Assembly: GCA_001179505.1 (NCBI GenBank) | Contig: CDMY01000276.1 | Location: 1 to 64,000 of the forward strand | Direction of reading: 5' to 3' | From: Vitrella brassicaformis CCMP3155 | Taxonomy: Eukaryota > Protista > Chromerida | DNA length: 64,000 nucleotides | Shown here: positions 35,051 to 48,882 of the stretch, one piece after another | Numbering within the stretch: the stretch's first letter is position 1 | Layout: the number at the start of each line of letters is the position of its first letter | Translations under genes and position numbers: made by a program | Notes under the pieces: model-generated | What the model was told of the DNA's origin: nothing | Databases searched by the model: none | Seen by the model: the letters and a program-made list of their open reading frames with translations, nothing else

Positions 35051-38000
35051 TCAGGGAAATGTGTCTCCTTCCGCTGCCTCGTTGTCCGCAGCTGGCGGCG
35101 GTGGGTCTGCATCATCATTGTCCAGCCCATCACCGCTCAGATCGCCGGCATCCTCAAACTCCTCTGCATCGTATTCTGGTGCATTGTCACCCCCATGGTC
35201 ACCGAGGCGCAGCACGTCGGACACCATCATTGCAGCCAGTTCTCGCTCGTCGTCTTGTCGATCGTCAAAGTCGCCCTCGTCCTCCTCTTCCTGCTGCTGC
35301 CGCTGCTGCTGCTCTTCCTGCTGCCATTCATCGTCTTGTCCATAGGACTCGTCCTGGTCATCTTCTGAGGGTGGTGGTCGGGCAGGCATCGTCACATAAG
35401 CTTGTCCGTCTCGATTCTCCCGGACCTTAATGCTGCCCCGCACGTGCCACAGCGTGTCATGCTCGTCCACGGACCGCTCGGCAGAGACGGGTTCTTGCTC
35501 GGCCTCTCCTTGACCGTCAGACGGCGGCTCTCTCCGAAGGTGCGGGTCCGTATCTGGATACGCCACATGTGTCTCTGTGATGAAGACAGGACTAGCGTCT
35601 CCTGGCTGCTCGTCTGCTTGTGAGGGGGGCGGGAGTTGATGATGGCCATGGAGGAGCGCCAGGCGCAGCGAGTTGATGTTGGCGTCGAATTGCCGGGTGT
35701 AGTCGTCGAGCCGCTGGTGGAGACTCTCCTGCACCTGGTTCATGGCCTCGTTGATCGACTGCAGCATCGTGTCGGTGTGCCGCCGCTCCAGAGTGATGCT
35801 GGCACTGTGGCCCTCCTGCATGTGGAGGAGGCGCTTAGTAATGTCTTCCCATTTCTCCTCAACAGCCCGCAGGATGTCCTGCACACACACACACAGGCGA
35901 GCACCATACCTAGCACATGTGCCTCTCGTTCCCTCTCTCTTCGTTTCTACGTTGTGAGTCTCTTGATGTGCCTGATTTGACATTTCCAGCTTTTTGACCA
36001 GAGACGCAAGACTCTCCTCTATCCTGCAGCACGATGGACAGACACAGAGTGCACAGATCGCATTCATCCGCCTGCATCCTTCCTCACTTGCGATATTTCT
36101 GCTTGAGATTGGCATCGATTTTGGAAACGCGGTCATCCACATATCGACTGAGCCGCTCCGCCTTTAGTGCGCCCTCCTTCCTACTCTCCATGAGATCGGT
36201 GTGAAGGCGGTCGATGTGGTTCATTAGGTTGGTCTTGGTGGTATTCTGCTGCTCCTGGCAGAGATGGATGCCGGTCTTTAGGGACAGGAGGAGGTCGTTG
36301 GCTGACGTGCGGCAGTCGTGAAGCTGGTCTGTGACGAACTTCTGCAGCTCTGCCAGCTGCTGCGTCAGCTGCACATGACATGAAGACGAGAAAGGTCATA
36401 CAGTCAGTACATGCGTGAGGTGAATGTGCGGTGCACTCACTGCAGGTATGGTGGATGGAAAGCCAGCTTCCCACGCACCTCACCTCTCCACGGATGGTTT
36501 GGATATCTCTTGACTGTCTTCTCTGGAAGTCTTCCACGCGCTTGTTCAAGCTCTGCATGGCCATCATCCTGTAACACACACAATGTTGTCCCGGGGAGTG
36601 TCTCGTGTGGTGCGTCGGTTTGCGCGCTGGGCTTGCCTGGCTTGTTCGGTGGCATTCATATTCTGCGTGAGTGTCTGTATCTTCATCGTGAGCGAGTCCC
36701 TCAACCCGACAATATCTGTCTCCTGCACAGATGCATCCGGTCCAGAGAGAGACCACATGGCAAATGAATGAATGAGTCCCCTCGCACACGAAACCGTCCA
36801 TATACATAACATACCTGTCTGTGTTTGAATGTCTCCAGCTGCCCGTGCATCTTCTGCTCCACCTTCTCAATCTGTCAATTAATGCATCCAGATGGATGCC
36901 AACCACGTGAGGTGAGGATGTCTGGGCGCAGGTAGCTCCGCTCACCTGCACGAGTGTTTGGCTGTCTCGCTGGGCCAGGTCTTCTCTCAGGTCAGAGTGG
37001 CGCTGCAGCAAGTCCTTCCTCTGGATGCCCACCTACCGATCCGATCAGCCAGGAGACAGACATACACACGTGTCGACACGATGTGAGCGATTGCATCCTG
37101 CTTTAAGTGATGGATGACATATATATGGATCACCTACCTTCTCTCGCAGGTCGTCAACGTCCTGCCCGATGGTGCCCTTGAGTCCCTCCTGCTGCTTCTG
37201 TGCCGCCCGCTTCATCTCCTCCATGCTCTGCTGGAGTGTTGCGTGCTCTCCCTTCTGACGCTTCTTCTCATTCTCCAACGCCACGTACAAGTCAAACAGC
37301 TGGTTCGACAGAGACGTCTGCACACGGAAAGGGAGCATGAGCAGGTCGGCCGTGCATTCGACTCATTCGATCACCTGTGCCTGTCGGATGAGCTCCATCT
37401 GCTGTCTCACTGGCGAGTCCCTCCTGCCCTTGCCTTCACCCTCCTGCGGGAGTGCCAGCCACGTGCTGCCTCTCCCATCGCCCTCCGTCACAGCGCCGCC
37501 CTCCCTCCTCGGGGGCGATCGGGAACGGGGCTTGCTGACAATAATGGACGGGAGGGATGGGCTGATCGTCTCTCGCTGAGCCACAATCTGAAGCTGCACG
37601 CACCGCACCGATTCATGTCTTGTCGTCACTGCAGTCACGTATGTGTATATCACTTACGCCTGCAAGTTGGCTCTGGAGTGTGGATTCTTCGTCTGGTGGT
37701 GGGGCGATGCTGACTCGGGAGGGAGGGAGATCTTCGGTGAGGCTCTCGTCGTCTACGTAGCTGCTCTGGCGGGGGGCGTCACGGTGCAGCTGACGATCTA
37801 CCTCCAACGCAGCCACACGACCCGTCATCTCAGACCTGCATGCACGGAAAGACAGACAAGTGCTTTAATCTGACTGGATTTGCTTGCTCTCAGGTTGTGT
37901 GCACACTGATTGATGGTGTGCGGTACGGTACGGCTGTCCACCTGAGTGCGTGCAGCTGGTTTTCGACCTCCAGACACATGGCCCTCATCCGCTGCATCTC

Positions 38001-39341
38001 ATTGGCGCTCGTGAAGGCCTGCTTGGACTGGGCTGCCTTCCACTCGCTGTCGGAGTCCAACTGATTGATGCACACATACGTCCATGACGGCTGGCGGCTC
38101 TCTTTTGTGTGTCACGGTTGGACCTTCTTTTGGAATTCGTCCTGGACCAATCTGCACAGCTCCTCCCTGTCCATCCGAGATGACAGTACGTGAAATGGGC
38201 AGGTGATCAGTCAGCTGCCATATGGATGTGTCTCTTCCTTCCTTGACAGTATACCTTTGTTTGGCGGCATTCTCCACTGTGTAGTCCCTGAACTCCCTTT
38301 GCAGCGACCGAATGCTCTCTGCCATTGTGGCCGTCTCACGCTCAGCCTTGATGCGATGCTGCTCCAGTTGATCCAGCCTGGAGACACAGAACACAGAGAC
38401 ATTCGTTCGTTTTGAGTGATTTTTTCTGTGCATCGATTCGGGTGTCTGCGTGAGGTGTGTGTGGCATATTGCGTGCCGTTTGTTGAGCTCTTGGTTGATG
38501 GACGCCTGGGTGTCCGTGTGGCGCTGAAAGCTGCGGTGCAGCTGGCGGGATATCTCAAGGTCCTGCAGATCGAGATACGTACGCGGAGGACGCAAACACA
38601 GTTACAGACACACGGACGAGTATGGCGGGCACCACTCGTGTGCGGATACAGTTGCTCCATCCATCCATCCATCCGTCCACTTGCTTACATACTTACTTAC
38701 CGCAGCCGCCCTCTCGTCATGCCGGGTTGCAAGTGCATCGATTCTGCTCTCCACCCCCTGGACTCGCTCTTGCACACGCCGCAACAGACGCTCCTGTGGA
38801 TGGAACGATGATTCATCCGTCATGTGTGCTCATGTCATGTCGATCCGTTGTCAGGCCGGGCCCTTACCGAAGCATGGTGCGATGCTTCGACACGAATAAG
38901 ACGCCTGCAGAAGACGACCCCATTGGCAACATGCATGCACTCATGCAGTGACACTGCAATAATGCATTGCCAATCTACCTACCTGTCGAATGAGACCCTG
39001 AAAATGTCCTCTTTCCCCCTCTCCTCCAGCACAGGGACTGGCCTCCTCTGAGCCTCAATGATGTCATCCGCCCTCGCCACCGTCCCGGAGGACGCCTCCC
39101 GTCTCTTGCCCTCCTCTGGCTCAGAGATCTCTCTCTGCTCCCGCAAATTGGCCTGCAGGATGGCAATGGCATCCACGTCGTCGGCGGCATCCCTCCTCTC
39201 CCCGTTGGCCGGCAGCGGGGCGGCATCTCGGTGCACGACGAGCCTGGCCTCGGCGTCTCGCTTTCGGCCTCGCCGTTCGGGCAGCCCCCCGAGTTCAGGG
39301 TCCCTGAGCAAAACACCCACTGAAGTGCCCTTGCGGTGCAT
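35051..39341 (-). CDS. Large coiled-coil protein with acidic C-terminal tail (probably cytoskeletal), family not recognised
   Basis: Series of GT-AG exons with heptad-rich Q/E/L/R content (e.g. LDQLEQHRIKAERETATMAESIRSLQREF, TSLSNQLFDLYVALENEKKRQ); ends DNEAAEGDTFP*. Confidence 0.65.
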
Positions 39342-39379
39342 GACCTAGCTGAAAAAGGCAATTGGAAAAAGGCGCAAAA

Positions 39380-40260
39380 GATCGCCATAAAGCTCGCAGT
39401 TTCTTGGCGATACGGTATGCCCAAGCCGCCCTAGGCCAGGTACGCAGCGTGCAGCACAGATGGCAGCAGCAGCGAGATCTCACAAGAATGCACTGCTTTG
39501 TCCCCGTCAGGACAGCCGGAGTCTTTCTATCTTATCTTCGATGGATTCTTCAGTGATGTCATCGCCGTCGTCTCTGCTGGTGCTCACTCTCGAGGAGGCC
39601 TGCGACCTCATTGTCGACGCCGAACGGTCCCTCTCATCTCATCTGCAACCCACGCTCGAGACCATACAGCGCGGCACACACGAGTCCATCCGGCGGCTCC
39701 ACGGCCTCCTGACGGCACTCATCGACAATGCTTCCACGCCGCTTGGCGTGTCGGTGGCGGCCAATGTGCTGATGCTGTGGATGAGTGCCGGCCTGCTGCG
39801 GGAGGTGCGGTGCATTCGGGCGGCGACCGAATCTGCGGCCAAGTCAGCCCAGGCCGCTGCCGAGGCGGCACAGGGAGCACAGGTGGCCGCAAGCAACGTC
39901 CAGGTGTCTCTCTGCTGTATTCAGTGACAGACAGCAGTTAATTAAGGCGGGCAGTGTGTCAGGCAGAGAGTGGGCCACGCGTGTGTGAGTACTGTACGGT
40001 GCCGCCTGGTGGCCTTATGTGTCTGTGTGAGAGTGGCCGGTGTGATGTACAATAGATTGCGATGGACAGACAGTCTTCTGTCGACGGCAATGGCCAGCTT
40101 GGAGGGAGGGACGAAGTGTGTGTTGGACCCGCTCAACGCTTCACATGGGTTCATTAATGCCATCTCTGCGTTCACTTCACCTGATGGCTCTCGTCACGGC
40201 ACCCGCATCTTTCACCAGCACCAGCTCCATGTGCACATTATATAAGGCATCAGGTCCGAT
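39380..40260 (+). repeat. Cassette copy C (Z module only), direct repeat of 11130-12010
   Basis: Shares gatcgccataaagctcgca...cagcagcagcgagatctcacaagaatgcactg, the whole Z body, its intron and its 3' flank. Confidence 0.85.
39460..40157 (+). CDS. Orphan gene Z, copy C (open frame; one predicted hydrophobic segment); start uncertain
   Basis: ...MDSSVMSSPSSLLVLTLEEACDLIVDAERSL...LGVSVAANVLMLWMSAGLLREVRCIRAATESAAKSAQAAAEAAQGAQVAASNVQ, intron 39904-40055, IAMDRQSSVDGNGQLGGRDEVCVGPAQRFTWVH*. Confidence 0.5.
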
Positions 40261-40442
40261 GGCAAACATAAACGCCGCGATCTGTTCATTCGGTCATGTT
40301 CGTTGACTCCATCGGAACAGCAAAAGAGAGACGGCTGTCCGTCCGTCTGTCTCACAGCTAGAAAGGGAATAATACTACATAGTCCAACTCGTCCACACAA
40401 GGGATGGCACATGCCGCCCAGTCTGCGCCATCTGTCCATCCC

Positions 40443-42156
40443 TCAGTGCAGGTGCCACTTCTGCCTTAGCCTACTCATCGGCTTCACGAAGTACATGTCA
40501 TGCTCCTCCTGCACACACACACACACACACGGACGTATGGCTGTGCGTGTGTGTGTGTGCGTGTCTGTGTGTGTCCACAGGTACCTGAGTGGACCTGTGT
40601 GGCGAGAGCGTGTCGTCGGGGACGTTGAGCGACCGAATGATGCGGGAGAGCGAATCAAGCAACGACAAAATGCTGCCATCCCACAGAAATACACACACAA
40701 ACAGCACACAGGCGTCGGCATACACGCCGAGTTCAGGCGCCGCCGTGTGTGTGGGCTGGAGGGTGTGCGCCAGACCACACCTGTCGACGTCAGGCGCCCT
40801 CCTCTCGCCGCTGCCCCGGTGGCTAGAATTCCCCCGCAGTGGCACACAAAACACACACAGACAAACAAAGAGGCATGAAAGATGGTCGGTGTGGCCGTGT
40901 GTGTGTGCGTGTGTGTGGTGTGGTTACGGGTGTGACGCCTGTGAGTAGAGGAGGTGTATGGTGGAGTAGAGCGACAGAACGAGCGGATGCACCAGGCGGC
41001 TGCTGAGGAATACCCAATTCCTAAGTGAGTCAGTGGAGGGGATGGACGAGTGAATGAGAAAATGCGCCGATGCGCAAAGACAGGCAGACAGACAGACAGA
41101 CAGACAGAAGCACACACACACCTGAACTGCAGCTTGCAGACCTCCTCGAGCCCGGGGGTGTGCGGCCAGGGGTTGTCAGACGCCTCGCGGTCCTGCAGAC
41201 ACACACACACACACAGAGAGAGAGATTTCGTGTGTGTGTCTGCCTGTGTGCGTCTGTGTGTTGTTTGTGTGCCTGTGATATTCTCCACTCGAGGGGCTCA
41301 AGCCACGAGCAGACCATTCCCGCCCACTCCTGGTAGCCCTCGTACGCCTCACACACATCGCCCAACAGCTGAGCACACGCACACACCCACCGAAAGAGAG
41401 AGAGTGCCTGTGTCAGTGAGTGTGTGTGTGTGTGCTGATGTTTCTGTCCGTCTGTCCGTCTGTCTGTCTGTCTGTCTGTTTGTCGAGTGCGCACCTGCAG
41501 TCTCATGCTCGCCTCAGCGCCCCACTTGCCATCAAAGCGATGCGACCAGCCCTGACCGTCACGCCTGCACGCCCTGAGCATCACACAGCACAAGATACAC
41601 ACACACATAGACACACGGACCCACCGTGATGGACCACACTCATTCCCACTCCCTCCCTCACCGTGGCTGTGGGCTTGACGGTGGCGTTGGTTGTGGTGTC
41701 TCTGTGGCTATGGCTGTGGCTGTGGCTGCGGCTGTGGTGCGTGTGGGTGGTGGCCGTCTGGTGGGTGTGGAGGTGGCCATGGGAAACCGCCCGAACAGCG
41801 GATCGCTGCGCGCGCCACACCACACACACAGGTAACAGTCACCTGTGTGTGGTGTCTGGTGTGTGGGTGGATCGATGTCATGTGCAGCGCACACAGAGAC
41901 ATTTACCGTTCGCTGTGTTGCGCTTCGGCGCCGTCGCCATGGTCACGGTCGATCTTTCTTCTCTTGCGGGTCACCGTGTCGGCCTCCTCTGCGTCCTGAC
42001 AAGGCACACACACACACACACACACATATACGCTGTGCTGTGCAGGTACATGTAGGTGTCTGAGGTCGGCGTGCGCCGCGCCGCGCCCACCTGCGCGTGT
42101 TCCCATGCGCTGGCAAATGCGGGATGGACCATCGACTCATCTTTCTCCTGTGCGCA

Positions 42157-42205
<49 letters not shown>

Positions 42206-44184
42206 GGCAAGATCGATCACACGCAGTGTGAGATCGGATGCGTGTGTGTAGGCGTGTTAGTACGTGTGTGGCGTCCTGGTCTGGCTGGTGTCGGTGTTGG
42301 TTCTGGGTGCGGCTGCGGCTGCGACTGCGTTGTGCCGGCTGTGGTGTGTCATTCTCCTCGTTGTAGAGGGGCAGGTTGAGCAGCTCCTCCTCTAAGTCAT
42401 ACCGACTGCCGCTCTCGGGCGGCAACAAGGGCTGCACTCAGCCATTTAACCAGACAGACATTCGGGTGCAAACTGCTGGCAGCCAGACCGACCGACCGAC
42501 AGACCTGGTATCTGTCCACGAGCTTCTCGGCAATGAGGCGCGCCCTGAGACACACACACACACACACACACAGATGTCTTGTCTTGCTGCTGTGTGTGAG
42601 GTGAGAGAGACCTACCTGAGTTCTACTTCCTTGGAGCAGCACTCATACAGGAGCAGCCAGTTGCTCTGCGTCAACTTGCGCACGATCTGAACCGCTGTAT
42701 GTGTGTTGGTGTTATGGCCGGCAACACATAGATACACATGCAGAGCAAACATGAGAACAGACATTTACTTTCTGCACGGCTCTGTCTCGTGTCCGTCTGT
42801 ACCGCTCTTGTTGAGAAATGCGGGCAGCTGGACGGACTCTCCAACACAATGCTCCAGCACGCTGCTCGCCACATGCCCACTGAACGGACAACGCACAGCA
42901 CACACAACAACGAGGCCTCCACATTACAGTCGTCCCTCCCCGTGTGCGGGCGTGCGGCATTCACCGATTCCTGTTGTCCTCATGTGTGTCCGCCGCCGAG
43001 GAAGCTGCTGCAGCTGAGGGGCTCTCGGCCGCTGACGCAGACCGCTGCTGACACGGCACCCTCACTGCCCACCTGCCCACACACATACACATACAGAGAC
43101 AGAGAGAGAGAGATGCCCAGCCCACACACGAAAGTGTCCATGAGTGTGCTCACCGGTCAAAAAGAGTCCGCGGGAGCCTCCTGAGTACCTTCTGCTGAAA
43201 CCACCGCCAGCCTGTGGCCAGGTGGGACGACTCGACCGGCACCTTCCTGCACACACACACACACGCACCGCTCACACACTCACTCAGTGGCATCTGATGT
43301 GTGTGATTAGGCTAGGTTGTTAGTCTGCAGTCCAACCCACCACTTCTCATGCATGGCTTTGGTCTCCCTCAAAATGGCCCACGACAGCAAAGGCGACGCA
43401 CCTGGGGACAGTAGGACACCCACACACCAACAGAGAGAGACATATATACAGGAGGGAACGGTGCGCGTGTGAGTACTGATCAATCAACAGAATAGATAGC
43501 GGCGCTCACACAGCATGAGTGCGTCGAGCGACACAGCCGCCCCACTGCTGCCGGTGGCGGTGGCGGTGGCCCTTGCAACAACACCAGGTGGCACCCGGGC
43601 GGCCCTGCTCCCTCTCCGACGCGCTGCACACCACAACACACCACAACACACAAATGGCCGTCCATCCATCCATCCATCCATCCATCGAGGCACAGACGAT
43701 CGTACCGATGTCGACGAGTGCCGTGTTGAAGGCTCCAGGGAACTCCTCTGCCATGTACTGGACGACCAGCGGCAGGCTGCCCTCCTGCCCACACATGAAG
43801 CACAGCAGCCTCTTGCAGCACACCGACGCCCGAAAGAAGTCAGCTGACGAGACGAAGGCAAACACCGCCGGGTACAATTCCTCTGGCACCTACACATCAC
43901 ATCACACGAAGGGGTGGCCCTGCGGGTCTGGTCTCCCTGTGTCTGTGTCGGTGCTCTACCTGCAGCAGCGGGAAGCAGTCCCCTGGGCTGCCGGCTGACT
44001 CATGGCTGCCCTCGGCTGCTGTCTGCGTGCCGCTTTGCTGGTCTGGTGGCACTGCCGCCTCTTCCCCCTCGTCGTCGGCCAAGTCGTAAAGCAGGTCCTC
44101 AGCCAGGCTCGTCTGCGTCGGCTGAGCCTCGACAGGCGGCGGCTTCCGCTTTCGGTACTTCTCACTACAGGCAAGCAAGTCCAT
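40443..44184 (-). CDS. Putative F-box-containing protein, multi-exon
   Basis: MDLLACSEKYRKRKPPP..., then VPEELYPAVFAFVSSADFFRASVCCKRL, which resembles the F-box consensus LPxEL..IFSFL...DL.RAS.VCKRW; downstream same-strand exons end YFVKPMSRLRQKWHLH*. Continuity of the middle exons not fully verified. Confidence 0.5.
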
Positions 44185-44370
44185 CCCCTGAGGCGTCCTC
44201 AAAATCCTCAAATGCTTTAGGGTGCTTCCTGAAACCGCTGTAGCAGAAATGAGCTCGCAGTTGGTTGCTGGCACCCCGAAAGACGTTGCCTTTGCTGTGC
44301 CAGGTGCGCTTTTGATCTCTGCGTCTCGGTGAGCAGCACAGTCGTATACCACCGGCTGGCGGCCAGCAGG

Positions 44371-47300
44371 ATGCCTCGCGACGCCTGGGATGAGGAGGGA
44401 TCTGACGAGGAGCAGCAGGAGGACCGCAGGAAGGGCCAAGCCACCAAGGACCGCCCAGACAAGACCAACAAACCCGTCACCAATGGCACAGCTACCGGCG
44501 AGAGTAGTGGCGTCAAGATCCTTGCACGCGAGAGCAAGGGCAAGGGCGGCGGGGACGGCGGAGGACCTGTGTTGGGATTGTCGTTGGGCGACGGCTCGGC
44601 GGCTAGTGCGGCTAGCTCTTGTGCAGCAGAGATGGAGGAGGTCATGAAGGACAACAGTAGGGATGAGTCGGGTGGCGGTAGCGGCGGTGGCAAGGTGCCC
44701 TTCAAGATACTCATGAGGCCCTCCGCAGCACAGGAAAAGGCCAGGTATGCAAGCCACTCGTACCTTGCCGGCTCTTTGTCTTGCTCCTTCTCATGTCTGT
44801 TGCTTGCTCTCTCTCTCTCTCTCTCTCTGTGGTTGGTGTGTCTTGTCTCGTGTGTCGATCAGCCCTGCGCCTCCCCCTCCGCCCGTTCACGCGCCAGACA
44901 GCCCCCCGGCCATCCCCAAACACCCACACGCGCCGGCCACCTCCGTGCGGTCCCACTCAGGATCCCCACACCCGCACTCTTCGCCCGCTTCTAGCCGATT
45001 CCCGACAGCCAGTGACGATGAAAAGACCAGCCTGAGGCCCGACAACCAACAGCAACAGCAACAGCCGGGGCAGCAAGGCCAGCAGCAGGGGCAGCAGCAG
45101 CCGCCGAAGATAACGTTGCTCAAGCGAGGGCGCAACGCGCCGAGAGGGCCTCCTGTGGCGATGGTGGCTGCACCTACTGGCGGTGGCGGCGGTGGCGGCG
45201 GCGACGCGAGTGACGGTGGGGGGGATGGCGACGTGGTGGGGGAGATCAATGAGGCTGGGAGCGGTAGTGGTAGTGCGAGTGACGTCGGGGGTGGTCAGGG
45301 GGCGCCTCCCGGCGTGGCGTTTGGGGTGCTGCAGGGGCCGGTCAAGACCATCGAGGAGAGGGAGGAGGCATACAAGGCCGCACGCATGCGGATCTTCGGC
45401 AAGGCAGACCCCGACAAGGACGAGGGCAAGGACAAAGACAAGGACGCCAGTGCCACTTCCAATGCCGCTGGTAGTGCGGCTGACTCGTCGGCCGCCAGCA
45501 CTAGTCAGCCCAAGCTCAACGGCGACAGGAAGAAGCTGGCCCAGCCACCGTCGGATCTCTTGACGAGCAAGGCCCCTTCCGACAACGAGGCGGTGGCCAA
45601 AGATCCCGACTACGATCGCAGCTCCGTCAGGGCGAAGGGCCCCAATTGGCACCGGGGGTGGGTGCCCCCGCCGCCAGCGGCGCAGCTCACAGCGGTGGGG
45701 GTGGGTGGGGGGGTGGTGGCTCTTGGGGCGGTGGGCATGGTCAGGCCCCCGCCCTTCTTCGACGAGACCATCCCTGGCCCCATGGCCGGACCAGGTCAGT
45801 GAGTGAGTCAGAGCGACACGAAGCGACACGACCACGTGGTACTCTCTCTGCATGTGTGTGTCGTGAATGTGTGACAGATGGTGGGCAGGAGTTGCTGCGC
45901 CAGCTGGCGGCCAGCCCTCCCTCATCGCACCACGACATGCCGTCGTCGGTGCAGAATGGCAGCCCCATGTACCCCGCACACCAGCCCAACGTGCCGCCCG
46001 GCGCGCTTATCGCCGTCAGCAATGCCATCGCCCAGCAGCAACAGCGACACCGTAAGCAAGCCCGACAAACAAACAGCAGCACCATCTATGTGTCTCTCTC
46101 TGTCTGTGTGGGTGTGGGTGTCAGCATTTGCAGCCATTCCGCCCGCGCCATCGCCCTTCGCCAAGAGGCCGCCCCCGGCGCCTTCGCGGCCGGAGATGGA
46201 GGGGGTCGGCCTTGCCCCTTACGGCGGGCCGCATGACGCCTTCTTGCCCATCCAGCCATACACGCCGAATATCCCACAGAACATCCCTCTCGCTGACGCC
46301 CCACACCCCGGTCAGTCGGACAGTCCAGGGGGTGCGGTGCAGAGGGTGCGCTGGCTAGCATGTGTGTGGTGGTCGGGTCGTCACTCTCTCTCTCTCTCTC
46401 TCTCTTGTGTGTGTGTGTGTGTTGTCCGTTTCACGTTGTGCGCAGGTACAACTTCGCCCCTCGGTGCGGCTATCATGGTCCCGCAGCAGCAGCAGCAGCA
46501 GCAGCAGGGGCCGTTTCGGCCAGTGGCGACTTCGTCTAGTGTGTCGCCCGATCCTCACCACCACCCCTCACGCACCAGCATATTCGGCCCGGTGCCGGGC
46601 TCCTTCGCAGCCGGCGATCTCGTCTCGTCGGCTCAGCCCAGCCCCCCTCCCCTGTACCAACCCCCGCCACCACCACCACCCGCACACCACCAGCAGCAGC
46701 AGCAGCAGGCTTCTGGCAGCCTGCTGGGCCCCTACCCTGGTAATGTGAACCAGCAGCAGCAGCGGATGGACTCGCCACATCGATGGCAGGGTGCCGGTCG
46801 GTGGCCCAGCTCGGCTTCCGGAGGCGCGGCACATCGGTCGAGCTCGTTGACTGAGTGGCGATCTCACGCGGACGAGGCGGGTGTGACTGGGGGACCAACA
46901 GTTCCGGCACCAGCACCAGCAGCAACGCCAGGGGCACCGCCCCCGCCCCCTGCACACGCCCATGTTCCTGTGCCTGCTGGGCAGCCGCCTCCCCCGAGGA
47001 TGCCCCATTCCCTGTCTCCCTCTATCAGGGTCGCGCAGCCTGGTGTCATCTCGGTGGACCAAGAGACGCAGACACGCTCGGCACGACAACAAACCCAGCA
47101 GCAGCAGCAGATCGAGGCTGCCTCGCCGGTTCCGGCCGTCAAGGATGCTTCGCCATTTTCCCCCTCCCCTGCACCCTCACCCTCACCCTCACCCTCACCC
47201 TTGCCATCGGCAGGGCCACTGCTCACCATCGATGCGCTCTCCCCAACAAGACAGCATCGGCAGGAGGAGGCAAAAGCAGTAACCAGTGACTTCCAGCAGC

Positions 47301-47861
47301 AGCAACAAGATCACAATGGCCCACCTCAACAACCGGCGCCACGCGAAGCTGAGCCGGTGCCACAGGCCAACAGCGCGGCTCGTGGCACACAGGAGGAGAG
47401 CCGGCCGTCTCAGGCGGCCGGCAGAGGTCGCGGCGCGGGGAGGGGCCGGGGGAGGGCTGGGAGTGGGAGTGGTGGTGCATCTGGTGTGTGGGTGGCCGCC
47501 AAGAGAGGGGGTGGCTCGGGGCCTCACACCGGCGACGGTGAGCCGAGGGGCGAGGAGGGGATAGAGGAGACAAAGGACAAGACGCAGCAGGAGGGCGACA
47601 CTAACAGGTCAGTGAGTGGGTGGGTGAGTGGAGTGGAGCCATCACATCCATCGAGGCGGCGGTGGCTCACGTCTGTCTGTTTGTCTCTCTGTGGTGTGGT
47701 GTGGTGTGCTGTTGTTGTTGGTGTGCAGAGGGGTTGACGACAAGCCGGAGCGGCCGCCCCCTGCCACCACCAGCAGCGATGAGAGTCCCGAATATGACCG
47801 TGACCCATCGCGGTTCAAGCCCTCCTATGACGAGGCCTTCCCGCCGCTCGGCAAGAAGTGA
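44371..47861 (+). CDS. SUZ-domain low-complexity RNA-associated protein
   Basis: KTIEEREEAYKAARMRIFG (SUZ core), KILMRP and ITLLKR motifs, KDPDYDRS, long Pro/Gln-rich region, RG-rich patch, C-terminal YDEAFPPLGKK*. Confidence 0.8.
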
Positions 47862-48882
47862 GTGACGGACTCACTCACTGATTGGTTGACCGATTCGATC
47901 CACCGATCGCGCACACTCTTATCTATTTTGTTGCGCCTGTTTGGCGCGAGCGGATGCCCACGTCGTTGCGGTGGGCTGTGGGGGTAGTAAAGGTCGGTCG
48001 GTCGGTCTGTCTGTCTCGTGTGTGGAGACCCATTGCCGTCACGTCAGAGACAGAGAGACAGAGAGAGAGAGATGGTATGGTATGGTGGCCGTGGGAGGCC
48101 ATGGCGTTGCTTCTTGTTTCTGCTAGCCGGCTGCCGGACAGACAGACAAACAAACAGACATTGGTATACGTAGCTGGTGGTGAGTGCCAAGCCAATGGAC
48201 GGACAGTAGATGGATGGACACTCCGTGCTCTGCTCTGCATGGGATGTGTGGTCCATCCTTCTCTTGTCTCAGATGAGTGTGCAGACCGACAGACAGACAG
48301 ACCGACCGACCGATCGAGAGGAGACCAAGCTATTGAGGCGTACCTTACCCTACCTACGCCCCCGGAGTTTTCCAGTGTCCGTGTGCATGTCTGCATGGGT
48401 GGGTGGGAGGGGTGGGTGGGTGTGCAGTCGTGACGGTGTGCATCCGTGCTTGCCTGCGGATCGGATCCCCCCATCAAGGGCCTTTTTTGTACTCTCGATC
48501 AACTAGTGTCAGCCACGCGTGAATGGTCGCTACATGTCCCACTACCGACTCCACGCGCACATCACATCAGCCTTGAGAAGGGGGGGCGTCTCGCCCGCCA
48601 CCGTCCACTGAATGAGGCACATACGCACTCACTGCACATACATCAGCTGTTTGCAGCATCTCTGCATAGCCTGCATGTCTCCATCAGCCCATCCATCCAT
48701 CCATCCAGCAGGCACTCTCCCCAGCCGCATCGCATCATCCAGCTGTACATGCCATGCAAGCAGTACATTATCCACCACACCACACCACACCCGACTGGCA
48801 CGCGCGCGTCTCCAGTAGGAGACCTTCCTCCCCCCCTCCCCAGCCACCTCTCCCCGCCCGCCCCTCTCGATGTGTCCATCCA

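Noticed and set aside
6240-38945. Scattered TGCATGCA (ApiAP2-type) motifs
   Set aside because: They fall in introns and 3' regions without clear promoter clustering; cannot be separated from background here
43897-44757. 286-aa minus-strand ORF as a separate gene
   Set aside because: Its 5' half is antisense to the SUZ first exon; only the part from 44184 fits as the first exon of the F-box-like gene
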